A stretch of 63,905 bases of DNA, counting the filler, from Conidiobolus incongruus B7586 (taxonomy: Eukaryota), in the NCBI GenBank assembly GCA_000697335.1. It is 8 parts of 8 records of this genome, joined end to end, with 100 filler letters (N's around TTAATTAATTAA, not from the genome) between each part and the next. Parts side by side here need not be neighbours in the genome. Positions count along the whole stretch, not along the records: positions 1 to 10,147 come from JNEM01006413.1; positions 10,248 to 20,541 come from JNEM01006416.1; 6 more parts are not named here. The stretch is one strand, 5' to 3'. The notes under the pieces are model-generated. The model was not told the origin of the DNA. It saw only the letters and a list, made by a program, of their open reading frames with translations, and did no database searches. A program made the position numbers and the translations under genes. Each line of letters begins with the position of its first letter. Position 1 is the first letter of the stretch. Of this stretch, positions 1 through 13,227 are shown piece after piece.

Positions 1-1590
1 TATTTTGTAAATAATGAAATTATAATAAAATAATCTATATATATATAATAGGTTTCTTTGATAGTATTTTTTTATAAAATAATAGAAAATTACCATATTG
101 AATAATTTCTCAATAAAATTATATATTAATAATTTATAAAAAATCAAATCTTGAAGATATATTTTTATTCAAAATCTTTAATATTATTTTCCACCGAATA
201 TACAATATAGTTTAATTATAATTCTTATTAAAAGTGATAATATCATTTATATATGATTTTAAGAAAATATATGTAATATCAAATTTTATTAATTTTAGAA
301 AAATATAGATTAATTTAATTGGGTAGTTGAAATTAAATAGATCATTAACTTAATAATAGTATTATTATCGGAGAATTTAAATACAGAAATGAGAGCTAAT
401 TTCAGATTAAAGTTTGAATAAGTGGATTGAAACAAGTATCAATACTTTATAGGTGAATATTATTACATTAAATTAATAAGATTGATTGACTCTATAGTGG
501 AAAAATCTTTAAACATTTCTATTATCAATCTTATTCAAAGTTATTTAAAATTAATAATGGTGAAAAGTTTTACAAGGCAAGTGGATTATTTACAAAGAAA
601 TGAGAAACAGATTTCATAATATATGAGATTAATTTCAAAGTATTGAAACTATTGAACAAGGTATATTCCAAAGTGCAAGTGTTATTAATATAATATATTT
701 AAGGAGTAATAAGATTAATTTGGTGACTTGATTAACCAATCAAAATTCGAAATTAATTAACAATTAACAAGAATTTATTCAAAGTTTTTTATTTATATAT
801 ATTATTAAATCTATATAGACAATATTTGAACAAGATAATATTTCAGTTGTAATATAAAGCTATGTATAAATTGATATATATATTAAGATTACTAACTATG
901 AGATCATTAACATAAATCAAAATATAATCAGATGAATATTTGATATTTCAACAACCTTTAATAAATTTCATTTAATATAACAAAATAATGAGTTATTTAA
1001 AATTTATCTTGTTTTATATATGAATATAGTTATATTTAATATAGTTATTAATAGCATTTGTTTTACAAATATCAATATAAAATATTATACTCTATTTTAT
1101 ATCCTTGATTTAAGATATTATAGTATATTACAAACCCTTAATATTATTCAGATCCCAATATACTATAATAATATAATACTTAATATGGCATTATTTTAAT
1201 ATCTGAGGAAATATTTAATGATTTAAAATTTCTTGTTCCAAAAATTCATTGTTTTTACTAAATCCTCTAAAATCTCTAAATAAAACATTAATATTTTTGA
1301 TCACTAATATGAATTACTTTCAACAACAGGTAATACCATCTATTATAAAAATAAATTTTAAGGATTAGTGAAATATAGGGGTTTAATTCCGATCAGTTGA
1401 ATTACAGGATAACTAAGCTCGATCAATTGAAAAGATTCAAATAGATTACATTGGATTTTAAACAAATATGGATGTAATGAAAAATTAAAATATTATGAAC
1501 AATAGTCTGAATAAATTTTTTTTAAATTGAATTTAATAAATGGATAATTTTTATTTCTCAGATAAACATGTTTAAATAATTTACTCTGAA

Positions 1591-2907
1591 TTACAATTTT
1601 GCAAATAGATTTTTAGTTAGTTGTAATTTTAACATGATAATACACAAACATGATAACAAATAGCAACAGAATAGATAAAGTTGCATTGGCAAGTAATTAA
1701 CATAAGTACCATCCAAGCTGGTCGAAGCATTTACAATGGCTGTAGAAATCAGAGTTCCGGCCAAAAACCCTGGCGAGCATGCAGTGTAAAAGGGACCATT
1801 AACTTGGGCTAATTTTTGAATTCCAAATAATTGAGGGGCTATTAGAGCTGCAAGGGTGAAGAAGGCACCTGAGAAAAACCCAAATATAATCGAAAATATG
1901 ATCAATGACCAGGTTACAGTTGCAAAATGCCATATGATTATAAATGACAAACTCACTACAAAGTGACTTAAGAATAGGGTGTTAATATTACCAATGTAAT
2001 TGGTGACCTGTCCCATAGCAATGCGTCCAACAGCTGATCCTCCATTCATTAAACCTACTATTAAACTTGATGTGGATGCAGATATACCATAGTATTTACA
2101 ATATATAGGAATTAAAAAAAATGGAGTCCAATATCCAAAACATGAAAAGAAGGCCATCAACCACATCATGATAAATTTTTTATCAAGTATAACTTTTAAA
2201 TCAATCAATTTTTTCTGAGGCGGTGTATGAACTCTAGGCTTAAGAATAAATCCACATGCGGTCAGACCTACAACACCAATAATGGCATTAACACGAAGTG
2301 CCCACCTGATTCCGATCGAATCAATAATAGCTTGAATTAAGGGAGCAAGTACAAGGCCGCCGATACCTGAACCAGCGGCTGAAATGCCCAGTGCAATGCC
2401 TCGATGCCTTTCGAACCACTGTGGGATGATACTAACAGTAGGAATAAAACACAGGCTTATGGCAAATCCAATGAACAGCGCTTGCCCTATGAATAGGTGC
2501 CACACTTGAGTTGCAAATGAAGCAATAACCAATCCAACGCCGAACACAATAGCAGAAATGAATATTGTGATCCTGTGGCCGATTTTACCAACTATGATAC
2601 CAGAGGGAAGGCAACATAATGCGAAAATAGCAGGCCCAAGGCCTCCTACCAAAGACAGTATTGATTTTGGCTCACTACTGAATTCATAGTTTGTATAATG
2701 GTTCAAGTATACACCAAATATTGAAGCAGTTCCGAAAACCATAAAATTAATAGTGAACCCAGCTATTGCTATTAACCATGATCTTCCAGAATCTAACTTG
2801 CCAAAGCATTGAGGTTTGCCTACAGGTTCCATCTGATTTAATAAATCCTGCTGCCTCTCGTTAATTTGACCACATTCATTAGCATTATTCTGTTCATGCT
2901 TTTCCAT
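1591..2907 (-). CDS. MFS transporter, monocarboxylate porter (MCT/Mch-like) family, intronless, ~438 aa
   Basis: About 12 hydrophobic segments. MCT-type N-terminal DSGRSWLI..GF motif, motif-A-like GIIVGKIGHR, and IIPQWFERHRGIALGISAAGSGIGG. First ATG is at 2907 (the track start at 2913 is a TTG). Confidence 0.92.
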   Translation of the reverse strand: MEKHEQNNANECGQINERQQDLLNQMEPVGKPQCFGKLDSGRSWLIAIAGFTINFMVFGTASIFGVYLNHYTNYEFSSEPKSILSLVGGLGPAIFALCCLPSGIIVGKIGHRITIFISAIVFGVGLVIASFATQVWHLFIGQALFIGFAISLCFIPTVSIIPQWFERHRGIALGISAAGSGIGGLVLAPLIQAIIDSIGIRWALRVNAIIGVVGLTACGFILKPRVHTPPQKKLIDLKVILDKKFIMMWLMAFFSCFGYWTPFFLIPIYCKYYGISASTSSLIVGLMNGGSAVGRIAMGQVTNYIGNINTLFLSHFVVSLSFIIIWHFATVTWSLIIFSIIFGFFSGAFFTLAALIAPQLFGIQKLAQVNGPFYTACSPGFLAGTLISTAIVNASTSLDGTYVNYLPMQLYLFCCYLLSCLCIIMLKLQLTKNLFAKL

Positions 2908-4566
2908 GATCAATTCAAATTAATTTTATATGATGTAAAAGCTTTAAGGGATAATTCCCACTATTTATATTGGATTATATTATCCAAACTAAATAATTTT
3001 GGACATCAATTCCGATAAATCCGAATCATCCTGCATTTATATTGGTACTTTTTGCATCACATTTTAATAATTTGAATCCAAGTTTTTTTTTGATTAAATT
3101 ACCAAATAAAGAAATATTTTTTCGAATTAACTGTTTTGGATAATTTTTGAAATTTATAGATCATTATAATAATGACTAAGGAGTATAGCGTGATATTTAA
3201 ATACCTAAAGTTTAGTATATATAATATGTTATATAGATATCAAAATAAATATTCTATTTCATATATCATTACACTCATAATAACTAATTAAATTGGATAT
3301 AATGGTGATTCTAATTTTATTTATTAAATTATTTAGCTTTAATAATATTATTAAAAACTCAAAAATGAAAAATTAATACCATGTATTAATCACCAATAAC
3401 CCGGTTAAATGTTTTGCAACTTATTTAGCTATGATATTTGATTGTATCCGAATAATTATCGTAGGAGTAGAGCCTTAAAATTTAAGAAAATTCTAATCAT
3501 TTTGAGGTTGTTTTTGATGAGTTAAAATTTACTTGAGTATTTTGAAGTGTATATTTAGAGATTTGAATTAATTAATTTATGGATATTGTTAACTGATAGG
3601 TATATTTATTGTTAAAAATGCACATAGTGCAAACTTACAAGTAAATATATATCAATTACATTTTATATAACGACTATTTCTAAAAAATCATGAACTCAAT
3701 ATCTAAATAATTTTTTTAATTATTTATTGTAAATATAAATTTTTAGATATTATGTTTATTTTTTACTGTCAGTCACTAGATAGTTTATATATACTTTTAA
3801 TTAAAATATATCAATTTCATTAATTTTTTATATTTGCAAAAATTAGATTTTATTGATTAAGAATTGATATTGTGATAATTATTTCAGGAAATGGTTTAAT
3901 AAGGAGAATGTTGGGATTATTTTTATTATTAAATTCTTTGAAGTTATAAAAAATTTGAAATATAATTTCAAAATATAATAAATGTTTTTGAGATAATAAT
4001 ATTTATATAATTATTAAAATATAACAATTTATATGACAAAACATTGTGATTTAATTTAATAACAATTAATCAATTTAATATATAATTTTCTTTATTACAT
4101 GTAATTGTTTCCGATTTTTAGCGATAAATTTTACATCATTTTGTATAACATTAAATTATGATATACTAATTCAATTGGAAATTATATTATAAAAATTTGA
4201 TATCAATCATTTGGAGTTATGTATTAAAGCCATGAATTTCAAGTTTATCAAATATATAGTATTATTTAAATATTATCCCCTTGAAGAAATGATTTCAATC
4301 ACTATGAACTCTCAAAAGATTTTCAAATCAAATAAATATTATTAGATTTTATGAATTAATAACACCAATAGTAGATAAATTGTTGGTATTTAAACAAAAA
4401 TATTTGTGTTTTTATAATTTCCAATAAAAATTATAAGATAATAAATAACAGATTTATACATAGCATAGTATATAAAGTAAATTTAGTTAAATATTTCGCA
4501 ATCAACAATCACAATCTATATTTTATTCAAAAGCAATTAATATTACACAATGCAGTATATTATAGT

Positions 4567-4967
4567 TGTAAATGTTGGTAGTTTGATATATAATGTGGCT
4601 CCGACGATTGCTAGTAGTACGAAGATATTTGGAAGGAAAGCGACTTACTTATGTTATGTTTGGTAGTTTGGGTCAAGGAGTTTCATTAGGGTTTATTAAG
4701 GGTTTAATGGGCTCCACAGGAGACCGGAGCTGATGATGAAAATGTATCTCGATGATGGTTTTTTATAGAGCTTTCGTCAGCCATTGGTAATATTAAGAAG
4801 TATATCGTGTTTTTAGAAGGATGGGACCTTGTAGTCGTGTGACGGATACTCCGGGATAGATTCTGCATAAGGTAATAGGTTGCTAGGTAAAACTGATCTG
4901 GCAGATTACTATCAATGTAATCGCAAGCATGTATAATAAATTCATGATAATACGAGGTATTACTACA
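4567..4967 (-). mobile_element. Probable solo LTR (family D), ~400 bp
   Basis: Sharply GC-richer island bounded by TGTA...TACA. The minus strand has a TATA-like CTATAAAAA followed by AATAAA. No clean target-site duplication. Confidence 0.5.
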
Positions 4968-5163
4968 TTTGTCCATATCAATATGTTTTGTACACGATGA
5001 AAAATTATATAATCAGATAAACTTATACTTCATCTTAATTTTAGAATATATTTGACTATAATTAAGATTTTAAGGTTATAAAATATTATAATAGTTAGTA
5101 TATTTCACAATATTAATCATTAAAGTTTATTTTCTGTATTATATAGTCTCATATTTACAAATA

Positions 5164-5500
5164 TATTAACAAGAGTTGGGAAAGCCGTGTTCGGATTAAT
5201 TTAAATATAAGTGAGAGATCTGGGGATTTCCAGGTAACTGTTAGGGAGAGTGGAAGGTTATTGGATTAAGGCAGATAGTTGGGAGCTCCCGGATTGGGCT
5301 CGTCGCCTTGAGGATAGCTCTAATTCCGGGTTTTATATATAGTGAATAGGGTAAAGAAATTTATAAGGTTTTCCGGTGACTTGTATTATCAGCCAATTAA
5401 AGGATAGAGCTGAAGTGGCTGGTCATATGAGGAGGGAGTGGCCCTTATATTCAGTCGATGTAAGAATGTTTGTAGGAGAGGAGTCTCCTGACACGTGACA
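5164..5500 (-). mobile_element. Solo LTR (family A), homolog of 60609-60944
   Basis: Reverse complement aligns end to end with 60609-60944. Both start TGTCAC and end TGTTAATA, with an internal TATATA box. ATATA occurs at both flanks (5161-5165, 5501-5505). Confidence 0.7.
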
Positions 5501-6040
5501 ATATATACACCATTAAATATAATACTTTATTAGGAAAATTATGAATTTAGGTTGATATTATATTTGGACATTTTATCGAATTTAATATAGATCGAAATTG
5601 TGAAGTATGATGATATTTCATTTATTACTCTAGAGTGTTTAATATCTTATTTATAATCATTCAATATACTATTTGAACATATTCAATGACTATTTTTTTG
5701 ATCCTCATAAATTTCGCTTAATAAAATAATTATGATTCAGATTACTAATAAACATCAATCTTTAAATTTGGCAAGTTCCGCTCAATTTTAAAAAAACAAT
5801 TGGAATGTTGAGTTTAAATCTTAGAAGTTTCACATATATTTGTAAAAATATAAAATTAAGCTTTGGTAAAAACACTATATAAAATTCTTTCTTCATATAC
5901 CCTCAGATATAACATATGTTCAATGTTCATTTAATTATCAGGTTTAAATATATTGATTAAGTTTCATAAACTATATAAACTGATTAATTTTGAATATTTC
6001 AAATTTCAAAATATATATTTGAAACAAGTTAGCTTTAAAC

Positions 6041-7349
6041 TTACAACTTTTTTGCCAATTGAAATTTGAATAAAATAATAAACAAACAAAAGAACGAATA
6101 ACAAAACAATAAATAGAGTTGCATTGGCAGATATTTTATAAGAACACCATCCCAACTGGTGCAAACGTTGACAATTGCTGTTGAAACCATAGCTGCAATT
6201 GGGAATCCAGGAAATAATGAGGTATAAAATGGACTCTTAACTGGTGCCAGCTTTTCTACTGCGAATAGCTGAGGCGTTATTAGGGCTACTAAAATGAAAA
6301 ATGCTTCTGAGGAATTCAAATACAATGGCGAACACTATCAATGACCAAGCTACAGTTTCAAAGTACGATATGATTATAAATGACAAGCTAACTACAAAGT
6401 GACTTAAGAATAGGATGTTGATATTGCTAATGTAACTGGTGACATTTCCCATAACAATGCGTCCAATGGCTGGTCCACCATGCATAAAATTTATTATTAA
6501 ACTTGATGTGGGAGTTGAAATGCCATAGTATTTAGAGTATATGTAAATAAAGAAGAATGGAGTTCAATATGCAAAACTTGCAAATAATCCCATCAACCAA
6601 ATCATGATAAATATTTTATCGTATTTAATTTACAAGTTAATGAATTTTAGTTGAGAGGATATTTGAACCCTTGGCTTGATAACAAGGTCACAAGCCATTA
6701 TTCCAACAACGCCAATGATTCCATTCAAATGGAGTACCCATCTAATCCCGATGGAATCAATAATTACTTGGATCATGGGAGTAAGGAAATTGCTCCCAAT
6801 ATTGGTACCAGCTGCAAAAATACCGAGTGTAGTACCTTGATATTTTTAAACCATGAATGAACGCTACTGAAATTTTGGATAAAGGAGAGGCTAATATATA
6901 TTCCTGTAAACACAGACTTGCCAATGAAATAATGCCAAAATTGTGTTGCAAAAGATGAAATAATTCATTTAACTCAGGACAAATAGACAGAAATGTAAAT
7001 TGTGACCCTGGGCCAATTTCCCCAACAATAATTACACAGGAAAGATGGCAAAGATCACAAATTATAGGTCCAAGACCACCTAAGAGCAAAAGCAAAGACT
7101 TTGGTCCATAGCTGTAACCATATTCGGTATAATGCGTTGAATACACACCAAATACAGAAGCAGTAAAAAACACTGTAAAATTATTAGCATATCCAGCAAA
7201 TGTAATCAGGCAAGATTTGTTACAATCCAAGTTGTGATAAAATAAAATTTTCCTTGAGATTTGAAGGATTTAACATATCACTTTCATTTGATTAAAGTGA
7301 TCTTATCCATTACAATTATTTATATCCTATTCTAATTTTTGTACTCCAT
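6041..7349 (-). pseudogene. Frameshifted tandem paralog of the MFS transporter at 1591-2907
   Basis: ORF fragments 6041-6325, 6237-6485 and 6757-7230 lie in different frames and match successive parts of the intact protein (GRIVMGNVTSYISNINILFLSHFVVSLSFII, YLPMQLYL). In-frame stops follow soon after the ATG at 7349. Confidence 0.88.
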
Positions 7350-9227
7350 TGGACTTCGACTAATAGAGATTTTAAAGCATCATGACACTTTATACATGTT
7401 CGATTTTCTATTTATGCTCGATAATTGATAACATTGTTAATAGAATATTCATTATCCGTGAACTTTGACATAAAATAATTAAATTATTAATCAGAATGAC
7501 TATGTTGAATTGTATAATTGGGGAATAATCTGTTAAATTTGATTATAAAGCAAGAGGATATGTCATTTGTATGTTTTTGAATTAGAAATAGTTTAAAGTA
7601 TTGAGATCTAAATCTAGATATATTCTTAAAAATAAGTCAATAAAATCTAATCTTGGAATGGTTCCGCCTTGATCTTTAATAATTTAATTTAATAATGTGT
7701 TAGATCTATAGCAATAAAAACAAACCCTGTACTGAAAAAATCTCAAACATCAATATGCTTCATCCTTATTTCTAACTCTATGACATCTTTTTTGACAAAT
7801 GTGCGAGAGAGTTTGGAGTATTCCCTTCAGTTGAATATAAAAATCAACAATCGTATCCATAATCAATACATAACTAAATACAATAAATCTTCTTAGATTC
7901 AATCCCAAGCAAGCTCAAGAAAAAGTTGAAATGTATAATAGGTATTCTTATTCATAGTATAAACTCCAAGATTTAGTTTGTATTTTGGCTATTATAGATT
8001 TTTTTCATCAATTTAATATAATTATCCAAATTTATTTACACTCTTGAAATAAAATATTTGCATTATTGTATCTAATTTTTATAATTTACTGTTTAAAATA
8101 TTGATTAAAATTATTAGATCTTAAATACCTTCTATTTAAACAAAATAACTCTGCTAATATTATAAAATGAATTTTTTGTTTTTTTCTATAATATAAAAAT
8201 TTAAAAATTTAAAATAATGAAAATTAATTATTATATAATTACTCCATCATCATATGTCTCAAGTGACTAATATATTCAATTACCAAAAGTTTTTAAATAC
8301 TTCTGCAATATCTTTTTATAGGACTAGGTTTACAAAATTTTAAATGGCATAAAATATAAATTAAAAATCAACGATATTTTCGGTGGTAATTTACATAATA
8401 CATTAAGTATTAAATTAATATTATCATTACTTTATCCTTGATAATTATATATATATATATTATTATCATTCCAAACATACATTAATATCCATTTAATTAA
8501 GGCCATATGTTTAATTTCTAAATCAATATTGAGTATTGTATTATTTTTCATTTTTGAGGTATAAATTTATAATTTATTTATTTTATCAGTCAAACCCAAA
8601 TATGATTTTATTTTGAAATTTGATAAGCCAATTATTTTCAACACTATTACTATTTTAACTATTTTTTATATAATAATAAAAAATCCAATTATTCTGATAT
8701 TTAACTCTATAATCAAAAATAACATTATTAATTTTAAAAATATAATTAAGGATTAAATTTATAATAAGAGATGTTTTTCATATTGTCCCATATTCTGTCT
8801 TTTATATGCTAAGCATTAGTTATTTGAAAATATATTAATAATACATAAAGTAATTTTAATAATCTCAAATAAGCAATTCATAAAACAAAATAAAAAACCA
8901 TCTATAACACATGTTTGAATAGTAAATTTGAGGAGATTTGTTGTTTATTTCTTATTTTCGATTATTTCTTAACTCTTGTTTTTTGTCAACTGGTTGAATC
9001 GGTTCCATTATCGTGTTTGAGCAGTAATAAAAAATTTATGTTATTATTTAAAATTAATGGGTAATTAATATTGTTATCTGAGAGTGACATTAGCCAATAC
9101 AATTTTTCTGTCAATAAAATTCAAAATTTCTAATATTTATTTTTCAAGTTATAACAAATTATGTATAATTTTATTATTTAATATCAATATATTATAATAA
9201 AATTCTATAAAGCTATATTTATAATTA

Positions 9228-9665
9228 TGATGAAGAATAATCTTGTCCATCACTCAAGAAACTCTGACTATTGCACTAATGCAAGAAGTCACATTGGAAG
9301 TACTTCATTTTATGAACTAGTCTAACTTAGTGCTTTCCACCTGAAGTTATTCATAGCCACCCAAACTCAACAATTGAACCTATTATAAGATCATCACAAG
9401 CCAATCAATAAACCTATCTTTCCATCTTCATTCTCAAAAGTATCCAGTCTCTAAGTTTTTCTCGTAACACTCACAAAACGTATTGAGTTGTGACGAGCGT
9501 GAGATATTTACTTTATTCGAAGACCTTGATTTGCAGTAAGCTATTTTCACCCAATTTGGTGAACCCTCTTAATTTCCCTTAACCTTGTGGTAATCTATCA
9601 TTTACCACTGGCGATTCCCCGTTTAAGCTCTAAAAGACTACTTCCTCCCACGTTTACGGTCGTCA
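9228..9665 (+). mobile_element. Solo LTR (family B), homolog of 33232-33661
   Basis: Termini TGATG...CGTCA, 4-bp ATTA duplication on both sides, internal TATAA then AATAAA. Collinear with 33232-33661. Confidence 0.7.
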
Positions 9666-10147
9666 ATTATTACTAAGCTTTTTTATATTAAAGCAATTGA
9701 AATTATATGCTATATTATATAATTTATAAAGTGATATTGTTAATAAATATATGTTTATATAATACTCACTAATATTCAAGTATTTATTGAAATATTTTAT
9801 ATAAATAGTTTTTATAGATTATCAGATATATAAATAAAAATAAAAAATTAGTAATAATAATTCAAGAGTTATTAAGTTAATATAATTATTTAAAATAATT
9901 AAAACTATATTATTTATAATAAAAAGTATTTAAAAAATTAAATTCCCTAATAAATTATATTTACTTACATATTTTATTTTTATCAAAGCCTATTATAGTA
10001 TATATCAAAATTAATTTATAAATAATAACCTATTTAATATAAATATTAAAAACTAATGAAACCGATTAATATATATATATATTTATTAAATATATCTTTA
10101 TAGATTTTATATAATAAAACAACATTTAATAAAAAATTATAAAATTA

Positions 10148-10247
10148 NNNNNNNNNNNNNNNNNNNNNNNNNNNNNNNNNNNNNNNNNNNNTTAATTAAT
10201 TAANNNNNNNNNNNNNNNNNNNNNNNNNNNNNNNNNNNNNNNNNNNN
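10148..10247. other. Artificial contig linker N44-TTAATTAATTAA-N44
   Basis: Identical 100-bp structure occurs seven times. The 12-mer gives stops in all six frames. Confidence 0.97.
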
Positions 10248-10468
10248 AATATTAAAATAAAAATTTATGAATATTATTATATAGTTAAATAAGATTAAAT
10301 TAAACAATATATGTTAAAAAATCATATTTTAATCAAAAAATTATATATAGATATATATTATTTAAAATTATATATTCTCCTATTTATTTTAAATATAATT
10401 TTTTTAAAACTTAATATTTTTGAAAAATCAGAAATTAAAATTTTTTCTATTTATTTGATCCTAAGATA
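10248..10468 (-). mobile_element. Mariner relic, terminal fragment cut by gap
   Basis: TTGAAAAATCAGAAATTAA block matches the element end at ~54484-54530 and ~22484-22529. Confidence 0.45.
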
Positions 10469-13227
10469 ATAGTAGTAGTTGAGCTTAAGATAGTTACTCA
10501 TTTTGATTTGAAATCAAAGTTAATAGATAAAAATATAAAATATAGGTTTAAAATAATAATAAATAGCAATTTGGACGTTATATTTTTAATGGTTATATTA
10601 GCTTGATTTTTACTTTAATTTATAATTTTGCTTATTTAGTATTTTTAGATATAATATAAAATACTTACAATAATATACTATTTTGATTAGTAATATAAAT
10701 CGAACTCAGTTAAATTAAAAAAGGCTTACAAATAAACTTATATTGGTAAAAATCAGTATAAAATCTCTTAAATACTTTTATATTAAATTACCTTAAATTG
10801 AATAGTTGTTGCCTAAATTATTTTAATATGTAAAATTAAACTAATGAAATAATGTAATAAATATTATACATTCATTGATTATAGATATAACGTAACAATG
10901 TAATATAACTCGAATATTGTTTATTAAATTATTATTGTTATTCATTATTAATTTCAATAATATATTATAAAATATGAATTTAAGTTAATAATATATTTCA
11001 TCTTGTATTAGTTTTATATTAACATTTAGTACTTATTAAATTTTCTACTGTAGTCATTGTCATAAATAATATTGGATTAAAGCATAATACACAGGACCTT
11101 AGTAGGTCCTTAAACTGCTAACTTGATTTCATACCTCGTTATATCATTTACATTCTTCCTCACACTCTTAAATACATTGCTCTTACCTCATCCCTAATCG
11201 CTCCTAATATTAATATGGACCTAAAAGACTGGAATCTTATCTCTTGGGTGGATCCCACAAGTTGCCGATCAATATATTCTCAAAATATCGCTTTTATTGA
11301 TTATATGGTCTAGTAAAATTCTTCATTCATACATAATATACAATTTCAGTATAGTAAAAAAGTTGAGCCATATATATTTGTATATTGGCTGTGAATATCC
11401 CAAATTTTATATATTGATGATACTTATAATATTAGTATCAAACTATTATTCTAATCGGATTGTATTTATGGAAAATTAAAAGTTAAATTTAACATTATCA
11501 AGGACACTAGAAATTAGTTTGGTAAATAATGAATGGTTTATCATATTAATTGATGATAAAATAGAATTAACATAACTTTCCAATATCTACAAATACCTTG
11601 ATGAAATATTCAACCTGATTTATTATTTGCAAAGAATTAAATAATATATTAACGAATAGAATTACCAATTACATTAATTTTAAATAATTGGTGATAAATT
11701 TCAGATTGAATAATATATTATGATTATTTTTCAATAATAGATTCCTTATACTTCTATATAAATAAAAGTATTGGTTAAATAATATAATCATTTTTATTGA
11801 TAAAATTCCAACCCAAAATCATTAAAACTCAAAAATTAATATTTGATATATTTAAAACAATAGTCGCAACCAAGAAATAATTGTAATTTATATCTTTATT
11901 TAGATTTTAAAATAGTGGATTAAAGTATAACTTTATTAACATTCTCAGATAAAGATATTTTCATAAGTTTATTCGATACAATCAAACTGGTGATATCAGT
12001 TTCTTTATTATAAAAATTTAAATAATATTGATGATCAGTGTAGTTTATATAATTAATATTATAGTTCTTTCATTTTGAATTATAATAATATTTGTTTATT
12101 TTTAGATTTTTCAATTACATTTTGTATTAAATTCAATTTTTTAACGTAGGAACTTTCAATTTGAAAATTATTCAATTTAAATTTCAATCTCAATTTTTTC
12201 AACTGGATAAAAATTTTACGTTTTGAATTAAAAAAAATATACATATATGGTTTTTTATTATATTAAACAAAAATGAAACTCATAGTACCCTTAATATTTC
12301 TATTTTAAACATATTCCAAATTAATCAAAAAAAGCATTTTCTGGTTAAATTTTCGCATATTTCACAAAGGTTAATTTAATCAGACTAAACAATTAATATT
12401 AGTCATCCAATCAATTGAAATTGATTTTCTATTAAAATTCATTCCAGTATTAAATTTTTTTATCAAATACTTGAGAATTTAAAAATATTTGATTAACTCA
12501 AAATTATTTAGTAAGATTAATAATTCTTAAAATAATTAATATCATTACATTATTATTATATGAATTATAGGAATTAATGATATGAGTATTATTAAAGAAT
12601 TTTCAATGGATCTTCAATACTATTGTATTTAATGAGTTCAATATATTACTAAATATAGAAATTTGTGATTTGATTAAATTTAAATTTAAAATTACATTGA
12701 ACAGGCTTTATAACTAATAAATTTGAAAGAATTATGAGATAAAAAAGTTTAATAATATATTGACGTGTTTTTTGTCAAAGTTATTTCATAAAGGTATTAA
12801 AGTTATTAAATTCTACCTTTCTCTTGTTGTATTGAGTATTGAGCTGGTCTATCTATTGTACTTTTTATTAGATTTTATCTTGATTATTGACCTGTTGTTT
12901 GTAAGTTAATTTAACTACTGCTATATATATTTCTAACTATAGTTTAGTTTGTATATTATCTAGTGCCTAAGTTCTGTAATTCATGTTCGGTATATTTTAA
13001 TTTATAAGGTAATGTACTAATTTTAAGATCTCTTTAGTATTTATATCTTTATTTATTTGGTGATCACTTTGTCAAGTAATATTAAATTTCTAATCTTTCC
13101 TGGTTTTTGTTTGATATAAAAATGCTTCCTTGACTGTGTTTATATCAATTATATTAATTCTTTTGAATATTTAGATAATTATTAACTTTATTTTCAAATC
13201 CATATATTTCTAATTTAAAATACTAAA

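Noticed and set aside
4704..4976. 90-aa ORF
   Set aside because: Lies within the LTR-like island 4567-4967 and has no protein motifs.
9227..9268. ATGATGA...CTGA as a box C/D snoRNA
   Set aside because: Too short, coincides with the solo-LTR start, and the boxes are not conserved in the second copy.
9610..9635. TTCCCCGTTTAAGCTCTAAA resembles part of the phage f1 origin (vector contamination)
   Set aside because: The match is about 20 nt, does not extend, and lies inside a repeat with a diverged second genomic copy at 33232-33661.
10192..10203. TTAATTAATTAA repeated seven times as a possible biological motif or CRISPR-like repeat
   Set aside because: Always centred in N44 padding. It is a six-frame-stop scaffolding linker.
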